DNA of 64,000 bases, taken from assembly GCF_006345805.1 (NCBI RefSeq), contig NC_043023.1:62001-126000 (forward strand), written 5' to 3'. Positions 38,770 to 51,033 of this stretch are shown here, in pieces (the first letter of the stretch is position 1; every line of letters starts with the position of its first letter). The position numbers and the translations under genes were made by a program. The notes beneath the pieces were generated by a model. That model did no database searches. It was not told the DNA's origin and worked only from the letters and a program-made list of their open reading frames with translations. This DNA is from Octopus sinensis (lineage: Eukaryota).

Positions 38770-41120
38770 ATGAAAGACAGAAGATGGAATATACGAGAAT
38801 TTATTATTAATGACGACAAATTTTTCGACACATCTAGCATCGATTCTTCTCGGGTGGGACACTCAACAACTGGTTCAGGAGTATCCGGTGGTGCAGATGT
38901 ATCTCGTCGGGTGATAAATGAATAAATACAACTCGTTAAAATGACTGCTCTGCAATGTAGCTTCCCGTTTTGTAGAGAGGAAAACAACCAGACGGAGGAA
39001 ATATCTTCATTTATATAGATCAGAAATAAAATCGCAGATGACAAAAAGAGAAACGAACACGCACTCCAGCGAGAAAAGTATTGAAAATAACCGTTAAAAG
39101 ATATGGATGCATAAACGCCCCCGGACAAGCTGCAAGGCGCAAGTACACTCGCTCATACAAGCATCCGCAAAAATGTGAGCATACGCACACGTGAGGTTTG
39201 GTGCACTCATGATCGTAAAGCAAGTTAGTTATTTACTTGGTATTTATAAGAATGGGGAGGTTAAAAGTAAACTTGAGTCATCTATATCTTAAAGTAACTT
39301 AAATTAAGTTAACGGTTACTCAAAATTCATTTTCACTGCATTGTGTGAAAATACATTTATATACGTGTAGGCATCTCGAAGTCATTCAGAAATTCTATTA
39401 ATTATCTTCTCCTTAGCCCACAGAATAGACAGGGATTCCTCGGAGTAGAGATGGCATCTCCTGGAAATTATATTGTATGGTTTTGCATACCTTACTAATT
39501 AATGCTGTACTTCGTTTTCTCCTCCTTCAGTCACCATACAGAATCTGCCAAAAATGTTGAATGTCTCTTATTGATTGTCTTAAAGCTGGCAACATGGTTA
39601 TGATTAACGATTCTTAAATGAATCAGCCGACTGCCCAATGTAAACATAGGACCTTCCCCTTATGTGCATGGTACATTTATATACAAGATTTGTACTCATA
39701 CAGAGATTCATCAAAGGACATTTTGATTTTTCTCTGCATAAGCATTTATCGTATTTATTTGTATATAAGGCAATCCTGATTTCATTAACCAGCGTTGTTA
39801 TTGTGCTAGCTGTATCATAAGTATTTCTACTACCACAAATTGGTCGTAGTTGGTGTTTACCATTGCGGTGTACATCTCTTTGGTTGGTATTTAGATGCAA
39901 ATGTTCTCTAGATCCAGTAGGTGGGTTATTGAATCTTTGCCGCATTTTGCTATTGTTTATGCGATGCATAAGCTGCTCTAAATTAGCAGAGTTGGCGTAG
40001 GATACCTTCATGGTGTGTCGATTAAAAATAGCATGATACCAATTAGATTTAGGAAAACACTTCTCCAAAGCAGCAAAAAAACTTTTCCAGCAATCTTGGT
40101 TGAAACATGCAAACCGAAAATCGGGTTGAACCAGAGGACATCCTGATTCCTATATCTGTTGTTAGGCTTATTTGATCGAGTGTGTTGTACAGGATTGGAA
40201 CAAGCAGTTGAATTATGTCGCATGTGTCTGAGTTTTCGTTGATAGTTCATTGATGTGACCAATTCTTTCTGGCCTGTATTCTTTATCCGAGTGAGTTCTC
40301 AAACGGTAACCTTGTGGTGGTATACAATGTGTATCGCAGTTGTAGGAATTACCAGTGTGCTTATGCCTGCTTCTTGTATATATTGAATTTTTTCACAGTA
40401 CCCAGCCCTAGCTAGAGCATCATAGTAATAAGATGCATGAGATTCGAAAATTTTATTGTTAGCAGATAATCTAGAGATTCTTGTAGAAATATTTTTAACT
40501 AGATACCGTATAATCGAGAATGGATGGTTGGATGCTACGTTAATGTACTTAATATGATCATTTGGCTTATGAAATGGTTCAAATAATACAGTATCAAAAC
40601 AGAAGGTAGCATCAAGAAGATCCACTCTACGATAATCTTTACCTATAGTAATGTGTAGTCCTAAATTTTTGAAAAGTCCAAAGAAATTTTTCTTATGCCA
40701 TTACTTTAAATAACTAACATGCTTTGCGATCATGAGTGCACCAAACCTCACGTGTGCGTATGTTCACATTTTTGCGGATGCTTGTATGAGCGAGTGTACT
40801 TGCGCCTTGCAGCTTGTCCGGGGGCGTTTATGCATCCATATCTTTTAACGGTTATTTTCAATACTTTTCTCGCTGGATTGCGTGTTCGTTTCTCTTTTTG
40901 TCATCTGCGATTTTATTTCTGATCTATATAAATGAAGATACTTCCTCCGTCTGGTTGTTTTCCTCTCTACAAAACGGAAGCTACATTGCGGAGCAGTCAT
41001 TTTAACGAGTTATATTTATTCTGTATACATCTGCACCACCGGATACTCCTGAACCAGTTGTTGAACCACCCGAGAGGAATCGATGCTAGATGTGTCGAAA
41101 TAATTGCCGTAATCTCTTAT
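38770..41120 (-). mobile_element. 5'-truncated Penelope-like element (RT C-terminus + C-terminal GIY-YIG) with inverted pseudo-LTR
   Basis: DLLDATF, YINVASNHP, WFNP, IFNRHTMKVSY, CLCREKSKCPLMNLC, LVYKC..YVYIGQ..FKNR; 3' UTR 38811-39235 repeated inverted at 40707-41112. Confidence 0.9.
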
Positions 41121-41988
41121 TATAAAAGGCAGATTTTATCTGCCTCCCTTTGGGAGTTATACAAATCTACAATATAGGATTTCTTCAATTACAATTTACC
41201 TAGCATTTTTAAGAGTACAATGCATCGCGTCATGCCAGGTCCAGTTTTTAAAATTTAAACTCCAATTAAGCAAAATTTACAGAAAACTCACATTCTGGTG
41301 TGTGTGTCAAATGCTTTTCTTAGTCTGGTTTACACCACACGCAAACGCACACACACAGTGTGCGACGAATAAAATGAAAGTAAATAGCGACAGAGTGATT
41401 TGAGGAAGACTAAAGTGAAAGTATTTAAACCACTACTCAAAAAATAAAAAAACACAGCAAACAGAAACAAATAAATACACAATTTCTTCAATTAGAGTTT
41501 ACCTAAGATTTTTCAGAGTACTTCAGTGGGTGATGCCATAAAAAAGTTCTTTCAATTTTACCACCAATTAAGACAAAATTCGAGAAAACTCAATATTTTA
41601 ACATATCACTCCGAAAGCATTGATGTACATGTGTGCGTGCGTGAGTGTGTGTGTGTCATTCCTCACACACACGCATACACATACATATACAACTACATAC
41701 AACTACATACACATACAACTACATACAAACACGTGTGTGTTTGTTATTAGTAAAAAAGGCGCCAAATCACAACTCACTTATCATTCCAACACATTTGCAA
41801 AGACACACGGACGGACAGAAAAGGTAAATTGGTTTTTATTTTACTCATTTCCTATTGTGTTTTCAAAATTTGTAATTCTGACAAAAAATGGATACGAATT
41901 TCATTATATCAAGCAGCGAGTCAGAATTCGAAGGATTTTCTACTGAAGACCTTCATAAATCTAACTCTATGACTGAAAAAAAAAAGCA

Positions 41989-42384
41989 TCTTTATATAAG
42001 AGTGAAGTTGTGTGTCTGTTTCCTACGATTTAGATTCCTAACTACTCCCACATTTTGCGGTGCAGTTTAACCAAAAGCGGGTATCTTATAGTCGTGATTC
42101 ATATCGAGCCCTTCTGGGTATTAGCGTGCGTCTACGATGAGTCTACGATTTAAAAAAATTTTACCTTAATTTTTTTTCAATTTTTAATGCATTTTTTTCG
42201 CTTTATATAAGGGAAGTAACTCTCTAAAAATATCTACGATGTGTCAACGATTTTAAAAAAATTTTACCTTAATTTTTTTTCAATTTTTAATGCATTTTTT
42301 TGCTATTTTTTGGCTATAACTCTCTAAAAATGCTTATATAGTTATTTCCCTTACAACCCGAGCAACGCCGGGCGATAATGCTAG
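41989..42384 (+). mobile_element. Non-autonomous Helitron
   Basis: A|TCTTTATATAAG...CCCGAGCAACGCCGGG-cgataatg-CTAG; internal tandem pair of about 95 bp; terminus shared with 22441-23238. Confidence 0.82.
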
Positions 42385-42558
42385 CTAATAATAAACTCTC
42401 GTATATTCCAGCTTCTGTCTTTCATTTGCTATATACAAACGATCACTCTGAAAGTGACCGTGCTTTACCAGTAAGCTACCAAGTGTAAACCGTTCGTTTT
42501 ATTATCCAATACATACATACAAACATACATACATACATACATACATACATACATACAT

Positions 42559-42609
<51 letters not shown>

Positions 42610-42623
42610 TGTATGTATGTATG

Positions 42624-42657
<34 letters not shown>

Positions 42658-42880
42658 TGTATGTATGTATACAAAGTATGGGGTTTAGTTGGCAGGTGAT
42701 CTAAACGATTAAGTACGCTAGGTAAGTGCTGTAACGGATTACTAAGGCTCCAAGGTTATAGCCGAGACGGTAGTTATGGAGCCGTTGCAGATTTCCGATG
42801 CAGCGGATATATAATAGTATATACTGTATACGACTTGAGATGTTTGTCTTGCCTTAATGTTTGTTGTCCTCTTTAACAAT

Positions 42881-43047
42881 TAGGAGTGGCTGTGTGGTAA
42901 GTAGCTTGCTTACCAACCACACGGTTCCGGGTTCAGTCCCACTGCATGGCATCTTGGGCAAGTGTCTTCTGCTATAGCCCCGGGCCGACCAATGCCTTGT
43001 GAGTGGATTTGGTAGACGGAAACTGAAAGAAGCCTGTCGTATATATG

Positions 43048-43084
<37 letters not shown>

Positions 43085-43288
43085 TTGTGTGTTTGTCCCC
43101 CTAGCATTGTTTGACAACCGATGCTGGTGTGTTTACGTCCCCGTAACTTAGCGGTTCGGCAAAAGAGACCGATAGAATAAGTACTGGGCTTACAAAGAAT
43201 AAGTCCCGGGGTCGATTTGCTCGACTAAAGGCGGTGCTCCAGCATGGCCGCAGTCAAATGACTGAAACAAGTAAAAGATAAAAGAAAG
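42881..43288 (+). mobile_element. SINE family A
   Basis: Consensus match. Confidence 0.9.
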
Positions 43289-43292
43289 ATAG

Positions 43293-43335
<43 letters not shown>

Positions 43336-43421
43336 TGAGGATAAGCATATTAAAAGATGTCCGTAGAAAAACACATTTAAATATAAGGGGTCTTTGGTAG
43401 TGAAAAAGTTGGGAACCACTG

Positions 43422-43770
43422 TTTTAGTCATTAGACTGCGGCCATGCTGGGGCACTGCCTTGGAGAAATTTTTCTCGAATGTATCGACCCCACTACTTGA
43501 TTTTTTCCTAAAGCCTGGTACTTATTCTGTCGGTCCACTAAGTTATGGGGACATAAACATACCAGCACCGGTTATCAAGCGTTGGGGGAGAGGACAAACA
43601 TAGACACAAAAATAAATACGCAATCTCACACATACACACATATATATACGGCGGGCTTCTTTCAGTTTCCGTTACCAAATCCGCTCCCATGGATTTAGAC
43701 GACACTTGCGGTGAAATTGAACTCAAACCCACGTGGTTAGGAAGCAAATTTCTTACCACACAGCTAAGCA
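43422..43770 (-). mobile_element. Older SINE family A copy (continuation of 38285-38301)
   Basis: Diverged consensus match. Confidence 0.7.
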
Positions 43771-43832
43771 TGCTAGTGTTTGTGTTTTCGTCGGTTCTGG
43801 ATTTGTATCTGAATGTGGTTTTGCATTATATA

Positions 43833-44690
43833 CAGGGTGCAATGGGTATATTGTCGTCATTTTATATTTGTAATTTCGCGCATTGTTTTTGATTTTGTCG
43901 ACTGCACAGTATGGTAGGGTCAGTTGGGCACCGTCTGTGAGAAAAGCAGCAGCATGATGCAATTCACTCAGACAGAAATTTGGAAACGACATGCTGTACT
44001 GTTTGACATTCACGCCGGAAGCTCCAAAACGAACATTTCAGAGTGTTTGGGTGTCAATTTGAGGACAATGCAGAGGATTCGGATTCATAAAAATCAAACA
44101 CCCCGTCAACATTATGGTGTTTGGAATGATCGCCAGTGAAGGTGACGTTGTGCCTCCATTCATCTTCCCACATGGCCTCATACTCAACACAAAGACCTAC
44201 ATCAAGTACCTGGATGAGGTAGTTCTGCCCTGAGTCAAGAGGGTGGCTGCTGGAAGACCCTATGTCTAGCAACAGGACTCTGCACCATGCCACACAAGCA
44301 GGAGAACCCAGTCATGGCTGTCAGACAATTTCTGCGACCACATCACCCCTAACATCTGGCCACCTAACTCAACAGGCTGCAACCCCATTGATTATTATGT
44401 GTGGGGCGCAGTTGAGCGAGAGACCAACAAAACTCCTTGTAACACCAAAGATGAATTAAAGGCAAAGATTATGACAGCATTCTCCAACTTAAGGAGACCG
44501 TCCTGAAGAGTTGCGGGAGATTCCGAAGTCGATATGGGCTGTGGTTGAAACCAATGGCGATTTTATTGAATAAATTTACTCTTTAATATTTCAAGATATC
44601 TTTAAAATGAAATGTCAGTGTTATTTTCATTTTTTCTTTCTTTTTTTATTTTTTGCGTAATTTAGACGACAGTTAATTCACCGCATCCCG
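43833..44690 (+). mobile_element. maT / DD37D transposon, internally deleted
   Basis: TA-flanked, decayed 26-bp TIRs (17/26); QQD(44276)SAPCH...WPPNSTGCNPID(44390)YYVW with exactly 37 residues between the Asps. Confidence 0.88.
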
Positions 44691-44727
44691 TATGTATCAT
44701 ACACACACATATTATATATGTAATTAT

Positions 44728-45372
44728 AAGGCGGTGAGCTGGCAGAAACGTTAGCGCGCCGGGCGAAATGCTTAGCGGTATTTCATCTGCCGTTACATTC
44801 TGAGTTCAAATTCCTCCGAGGTCGACTTTGCCTTTCATCCTTTCGGGGTCGATTAAATAAGTACCAGTTATGCACTGGGGTCGATGTAATCGACTTAATC
44901 CGTTTGTCTGTCCTTGTTTGTCCCCTCTGTGTTTAGCCCCTTGTGGGTAGTAAAGAAATAGGTATTTCGACTTTGCCTTTCATCCTTTCAGAGTCGATAA
45001 ATTAAGTACCAGTTGCGTACTAGGGTTGAGCTAATCGACTGACACCCTCCCCAAAAATTTCGAGCCTTGTGCTTAGAGTTTTGTTTGTTTATGCCAGGCT
45101 CATAAGGGTTAGTTTCCCGGTTTCCTTGGCATATAGGTTCCTCACCTGGACGGGACACTGGTCCGTCGTAGGTGAGCTGCAAGATGCAGGAGGAAAGAGT
45201 GAGAGAAAGTTGTGGCGAAAAGTCAGCCATAAACACACTCGGTTTGAGATTCGAACCTGCGATCCCTCGACCGTGAGTCCAGGAATCGAAATCACAACCT
45301 TACGATCATGAGTTTCAACACCCTAACCGCTAAGCCACACGCCTCCACTGTGCCTAGAGTAGAGAAGATTAT
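44728..45372 (+). mobile_element. SINE family B long form; tail interrupted by a chimeric SINE (45080-45348, minus)
   Basis: 12-bp TSD TGTGCTTAGAGT / TGTGCCTAGAGT around the insert. Confidence 0.85.
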
Positions 45373-46112
45373 ATATGTAATTATTGCACCTGAGCGTTGT
45401 GGTGCACCTGAGCACTGTATACAATAATTTCATTATTATTATTTTTAAAAAAATAGATGTCATCAATTTGTGAAAGTAATATAAAAAAGAAAGAAGAAAT
45501 TTATTTCATCTAAAAACTTATTAAACGAATTTTGCCAATCCTAATTTTATGTGCACTTTCGGGGATCCATAAGTGAAGTGGTTTGACAACGTTTAACATT
45601 TCTGTTTGTAAACACTCGCTGAGCGGTTACTGAACTTAACGATACTGGTCACCAATATCTCAGAGCTCTTTCATAAACAAAAAAAATCTGCCTAACCTTG
45701 GCTACCTTTTCGAATCCCATATGTCTAACACAATATCAGTCTCTTTGGCCGAACCGTTATGTTGCGGGAACATAAACAAATAAAAGTCGGTGGGGCGATG
45801 AATGAGGAACAAACAGAATTAAGCACACACATACAACAAAGTGAAATGTAGAAGCACTTTTGAAAATTACGCAAATGAGAAATTGGTCAAGTGTATTGAT
45901 TCTAATTTAGATACATTTTCATATATATCCTCTGTGCGTTTTCAACGTCATTAATTTCTTCTATTACTTGTACGCGCTAATAACGAGACATGTATGTGTG
46001 TGTGCCTGTGTGTTTAGTGTAGATAGACACACACACAAGGTGAGTATCCCGTCGTTGCCGGGTAATTTTCAGTATAGACAGCCTTGGCGGACTTTTGGAA
46101 TAGCATTTCTCT

Positions 46113-46318
46113 TTTTTCTCTTTTTACTTGTTTCAGTCATTTTTGACTGCGGCCATGCTGGAGCACCGCCTTTAATCGAGCAACTCGACCCCAGGACTTA
46201 TTCTTTGTAAGCCCAGTACTTATTCCATCGTTCTCTTTTGCCGAACCGCTAAGTGACGGGGACATAAACACACTAACATCGGTTGTCAAGCAATGCTAGG
46301 GGGACAAACACATACACG

Positions 46319-46357
<39 letters not shown>

Positions 46358-46361
46358 GCAC

Positions 46362-46409
<48 letters not shown>

Positions 46410-46562
46410 GTATGACGGGCTTCTTTCAGTTTCCGTCTACCAAATCCACTCACAAGGCTTTGGTCGGCCCGAGGCTATAGTAGAAGACACTTGCCCAAGA
46501 TGCCACGCAGTGGGACTGAACCCGGAACCATGTGGTTAGTAAACAAGCTACTTACCACACCC
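46113..46562 (-). mobile_element. SINE family A
   Basis: Consensus match. Confidence 0.9.
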
Positions 46563-48017
46563 ACATAAGTTGGATTTTCTACGTGTAGATAGAGATTTTT
46601 CAAATTTTTTTTCCACCACACCCTTACAAATGATGCAGGAAAGCTTTTGCTGAAGAAAAGTTTGAAAATTTATGAATCCCCCTTTCCCTCGTCCGGACTG
46701 TTTTTTTTTTTTTTTTGCTCTACGCACTTAAAAACAATTAGAGACGCTTTTTCGGCAAAAGAAAAAATTAATTAATCAACTTCCCCCGCCCGCCCCTCGG
46801 TACTTATTTTGTCCAGATGAAGGAACCTTGAAGGTCAAAAATTTTTGGGGTGGTAGGGGTGGGGTGGGGTGGGGGGAGAATTCCCAGTTCTGTTGTTTTT
46901 TCAAATAGAAAGTGTAACATAATTTAAAAACATTAAAATGAAATCTTTTGTAATTTTTTTCATTTACTCCACCCCTACATAAATTTTAAAATTTTGACTT
47001 TAAAGAAAAAATTTTTTAAATCATAGTTTTAAAATACAGACAGTCCGAATCTGCAATTTGTTTCTGTTTATAATTTCAAAATAGTCTTTTGAGGTGAAAA
47101 GGTGTGGTATTTAAATGACATTTAGCTGTTGTTTCTAGTATATCCTACGACCACCTGGTACCTTCCTCATTTCTTTGTCATACTGGCATGTACTGACGTT
47201 TTTTTAATATTTATCTCCCAATAAACATATTTTACGGAACGATGATCCGGTTGTCCATTGCTGAGATTTAAGCAACAACAAAAATGTTTTGTAATTTCAA
47301 TTTTTGCCTCCACCCTGCATCGAGTGAATCCATGTGTGTGAGTATGTGTGAGTAAGAAAAACATATTAACTAACAGAAAAGTATGCTATTAAAATAAATT
47401 ATATTTTACATACCTATTTTAAATCACACCGTCACCCTAATGAAATTCCTTACACATGCATACACACACTCAGCATGAATGATATACTTTTATACTGAGT
47501 GAGAGAAAGTGTGGTAAATACAGAGAGAGTGGGGCAAAGTTTATCATAAGGAAAGCAGAAAAAGAAAGTGATAAATAGAGGGATCTTTTCTGTTGCTGTC
47601 ACAGATTTTGAAATATTAAAATTAAGTGCAAATTTTCCAATTTGGTATATTGATGTACTTTTACATACTGAATCTGAGTTTGTGATTCAATTATTTGAGA
47701 AAGTGTTTTTTAATGTTACAGGTGTTTAAAGTTTGATGATTTTTATTCAATCAAAACACAGGATTTGTGCATCATAGTTAACATAAAATGAAAGCAAACA
47801 TTAGAAGACAATGTTTTAAACAAAATAAACACAACACGTGAGAGATAATATATATACATAAGACGTATATGTATATATATATATGTATATGTGTGTGTAT
47901 ATGTTTGTGTGTCTGACATAAACACACCAACATCGCTTGACAATTGATGCTGGTGTGTTTATGTCCCAGTAACTTAGTGGTTCAGTAAAAGAGACCGATA
48001 GAATAAGTGCTAGGCTT

Positions 48018-48059
<42 letters not shown>

Positions 48060-48227
48060 ATGGGCTTCTTTCAGTTTCCATCTACCAAATCTACTCACAA
48101 GGCTTTGGTCAACCTTTGGTAGAAGGCACTTGCCCAAGATGTCACACAGTGGGACTGAACCCAGAACCATGTGATTGGGTAGCAAGCTTCTTACCACACA
48201 GCCACTCCTCTGCCTATTTATATATAT

Positions 48228-49090
48228 TCCAACAGATAATCCAACCGGGATCAGTGAAGTACTGAATGACCACTTCTTTACTACCCCAAAGGAACATAGA
48301 CAAGTGAATGAACCAGTGGATTTCTTTGCCACCTCACCTACAGCTAGGGAGGCGGTTATGATTGATTACATTGATATTGGGGAAGAAAATATAATACTAG
48401 CCATAGATGAGGTGGATGCAAACTCAGCTGCTGACCCTGATGGTTTCCCAGCAATCCTCCTCAAATCATGCAAACATTCCCTGGAAAAACCACTACAAAT
48501 TCTCCTCCAGAGTTTTCCTGTGAATAGCAAGCTGTCAAGCAAACAGAAAGAGGGAATAATATGCCCAATCCATAAAGGAGGAAGCAAAGCAGATACCAAA
48601 AATTATAGGCCCATCTCTCTGACTTCACACATCAGCAAAGTCATGGAATGAATAGTCAGAGGGAAACTAATCACATTCCTTGAAGAAAACGACTTGCTGA
48701 GTGATAGCCAGCATGATTTTTGACCAGGTAGGGGCTGCTTGACACAGTTCCTACAGCACTGTGACTGGGTGATGAAGCAGTTACTCAACAACTCAAATGT
48801 GGATGTAATATACTTTGACTTTGGAAAAGCTTTTGATAAAGTGGATCATGATATGATATGCCACAAACTGCATGATCTTGGCATAGCTGGAAAACTTGGA
48901 GAGTAGTTACATGACTTTCTGAAGGATAGAAGTCAGGCAGTGGTGGCCAATGGTGCCACCTCAAAACAAATAATGAGTGGTGTTCTACAGGACCACTGCT
49001 TTTCATAGTGGACCTTTCAGATATGCCCTCAGCTGCTCTGTAGCTACACAGACAACATGAAAGTCTCACAGAAAATACAAACATCTGTAA
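48228..49090 (+). mobile_element. CR1-clade LINE RT remnant (motifs 0-5)
   Basis: SAADPDGFPA, PIHKGGSK..NYRPISLTSHISKVME, SQH.F..GR.C..Q, DVIYFDFGKAFDKVDH, LHDFLKDRSQ; stops and frameshifts. Confidence 0.9.
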
Positions 49091-49339
49091 CATTAAAAAA
49101 AAAACCTTCTCAAGTGAATGTATCACAAACTCAGATTCAGTATGTAAAAGTACATCAATACACCAAATTGGAAGATTTTCACTTAATTTTAAAATTTAAA
49201 AATCTGTGGCAGCAATAGAAAAGATCCCTCTATTTATCCCTTTCTTTTTCTGCTTTCTTTATGATAAACTTTGCCCCACTCTCTCTGTATTTACCACACT
49301 TTCTCTCATTCAGTATAAAAGTATATCATTCATGCTGAG

Positions 49340-50757
49340 TGTGTGTTTGCATGTGAGTAAGTCCAACTCCACCTCCTGTAGTTTCGCCAATGTCATTTTT
49401 GCGATGTGTGGTCTGGCATTGTCTTGCAATAACATAAGAGTGGGTCTGTTGACTAATCTAGGCTGATTTTTTGTAAGTTTCTGCATCATTTGGTCCAGCT
49501 GGCTGCAGTATACTTCAGCTGTGATTGATGGGCCAGGTTTAATGAAATCATAATGGATCACACCTGTGCCAGACCACCAAATATACACCATCAGCTTCTT
49601 TTGGTGATTTTGCTTTTTGGACTGTATTCTAGTGGCTCGTCTTTGTCCAACTTTGTCCAACTATTCTGCTAAACATTTACAGTTGTTGCCATTGGATCCA
49701 TTTCTCATCACATGTTACAATTCAATTAAAAAATTATTCATTTTTGTGACGATAAAGTAACATAGGCGTAGGAGTGGCTGTGTGGTAAGTAGCTTGCTAA
49801 CCAACCACATGGCTCCGGGTTCAGTCCCACTGCGTGGCATCTTGGGCAAGTGTCTTCTGCTATAGCCCCGGGCCGACCAATGCCTTGTGAGTGGATTTGG
49901 TAGAAGGAAACTGAAAGAAGCCTGTCGTATATATGTATATATATATATGTGTGTGTGTATGTGTGTGTGTTTGTGTGTTTGTCCCCCTAGCATTGCTTGA
50001 CAACCGATGCTGGTGTGTTTACATCCCTGTCACTTAGCGGTTCGGCAAAAGAGACCGATAGAATAAGTACTGGGCTTACAAAGAATAAGTCCCGGGGTCG
50101 ATTTGCTCGACTAAAGGCGGTGCTCCAGCATGGCCGCAGTCAAATGACTGAAACAAGTAAAAGATAAAAGATAAAGATAATGCAGGCTTCCAAACGTTCC
50201 TGTTTCTGATTTTCATTGAGTTCATGTGGAACCCACTTATCTAACTTTTTCACTTTACCGATTTGAACTAGGTGAGTCAATATTGTTTACTTGCTAACAC
50301 CAAACAACAACAATAATTCACGGACACTTTGAAATGGATCTGACTTGACAGTGGCTTTCAGTTTGTCATTATCCACCTTTGTTTCTGGTTGACCGGATTG
50401 CTCATTTGTGAGGTCAAAGTTACCAGAACGAAATTTTGAAAACCAATTTGATAGTGTCTGTTGTATAATAACATTAGAATGAAATATTCTATTAATGTTC
50501 CAAGTTGTCTGTGATGCAGTATTTCCAAGAAAGAACTCATATTTCAAAACTGTATGAATTTCCGACTTATCCATCTCTAAACAAAATAGCAAAAAACGAT
50601 TTATAAATACTTTATAAAGCTCAAAATGAGTTAGAATAAAGAAATAGATGTGTCAGCTTTCTAACAAAAATATTGTCAAAATATGATATTGGCACAAAAT
50701 GAGCAGCTGCCAAAGTTTATCATATACCTTACTACAAATTTCATACTTGACAACCTA

Positions 50758-50758
<1 letters not shown>
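49340..50758 (-). mobile_element. mariner transposase pseudogene split by SINE A (49762-50178, +)
   Basis: TA|TTAGGTTGTC TIR at 50758; MDKSEIHTVLKYEF, WVPHEL, IVTCDEKWI, QDNARPH; 3' end missing. Confidence 0.9.
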
Positions 50759-50794
<36 letters not shown>

Positions 50795-50807
50795 CACACA
50801 TACATAG

Positions 50808-50991
50808 ATGCAGGTGTGGCCGTATGGTATGAAGCTTGCTTCTCAACCACATGGTTCCAGGTTCAGTCCTACCATGTGGCACCTTAGGTAAGTGTCTTCA
50901 ACTATACCCTGACGCCAACCAAAGCCTTGTGAGTGGATTTGGTTGACAGAAATTGAAAGAAGCCCCTTGTATAAATGTGTGTGCGTGTGTG

Positions 50992-51033
<42 letters not shown>

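Larger units (their letters stand above)
38302..43421. mobile_element. hAT-bounded composite (ends 38302-38390 and 43337-43421) inserted in a SINE A
   Basis: TTTTAATC|CAGTGGTTCCCAAC...GTTGGGAACCACTG|TTTTAGTC (14-bp perfect TIR, 7/8 TSD); flanks rejoin into the SINE A terminus. Confidence 0.7.
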
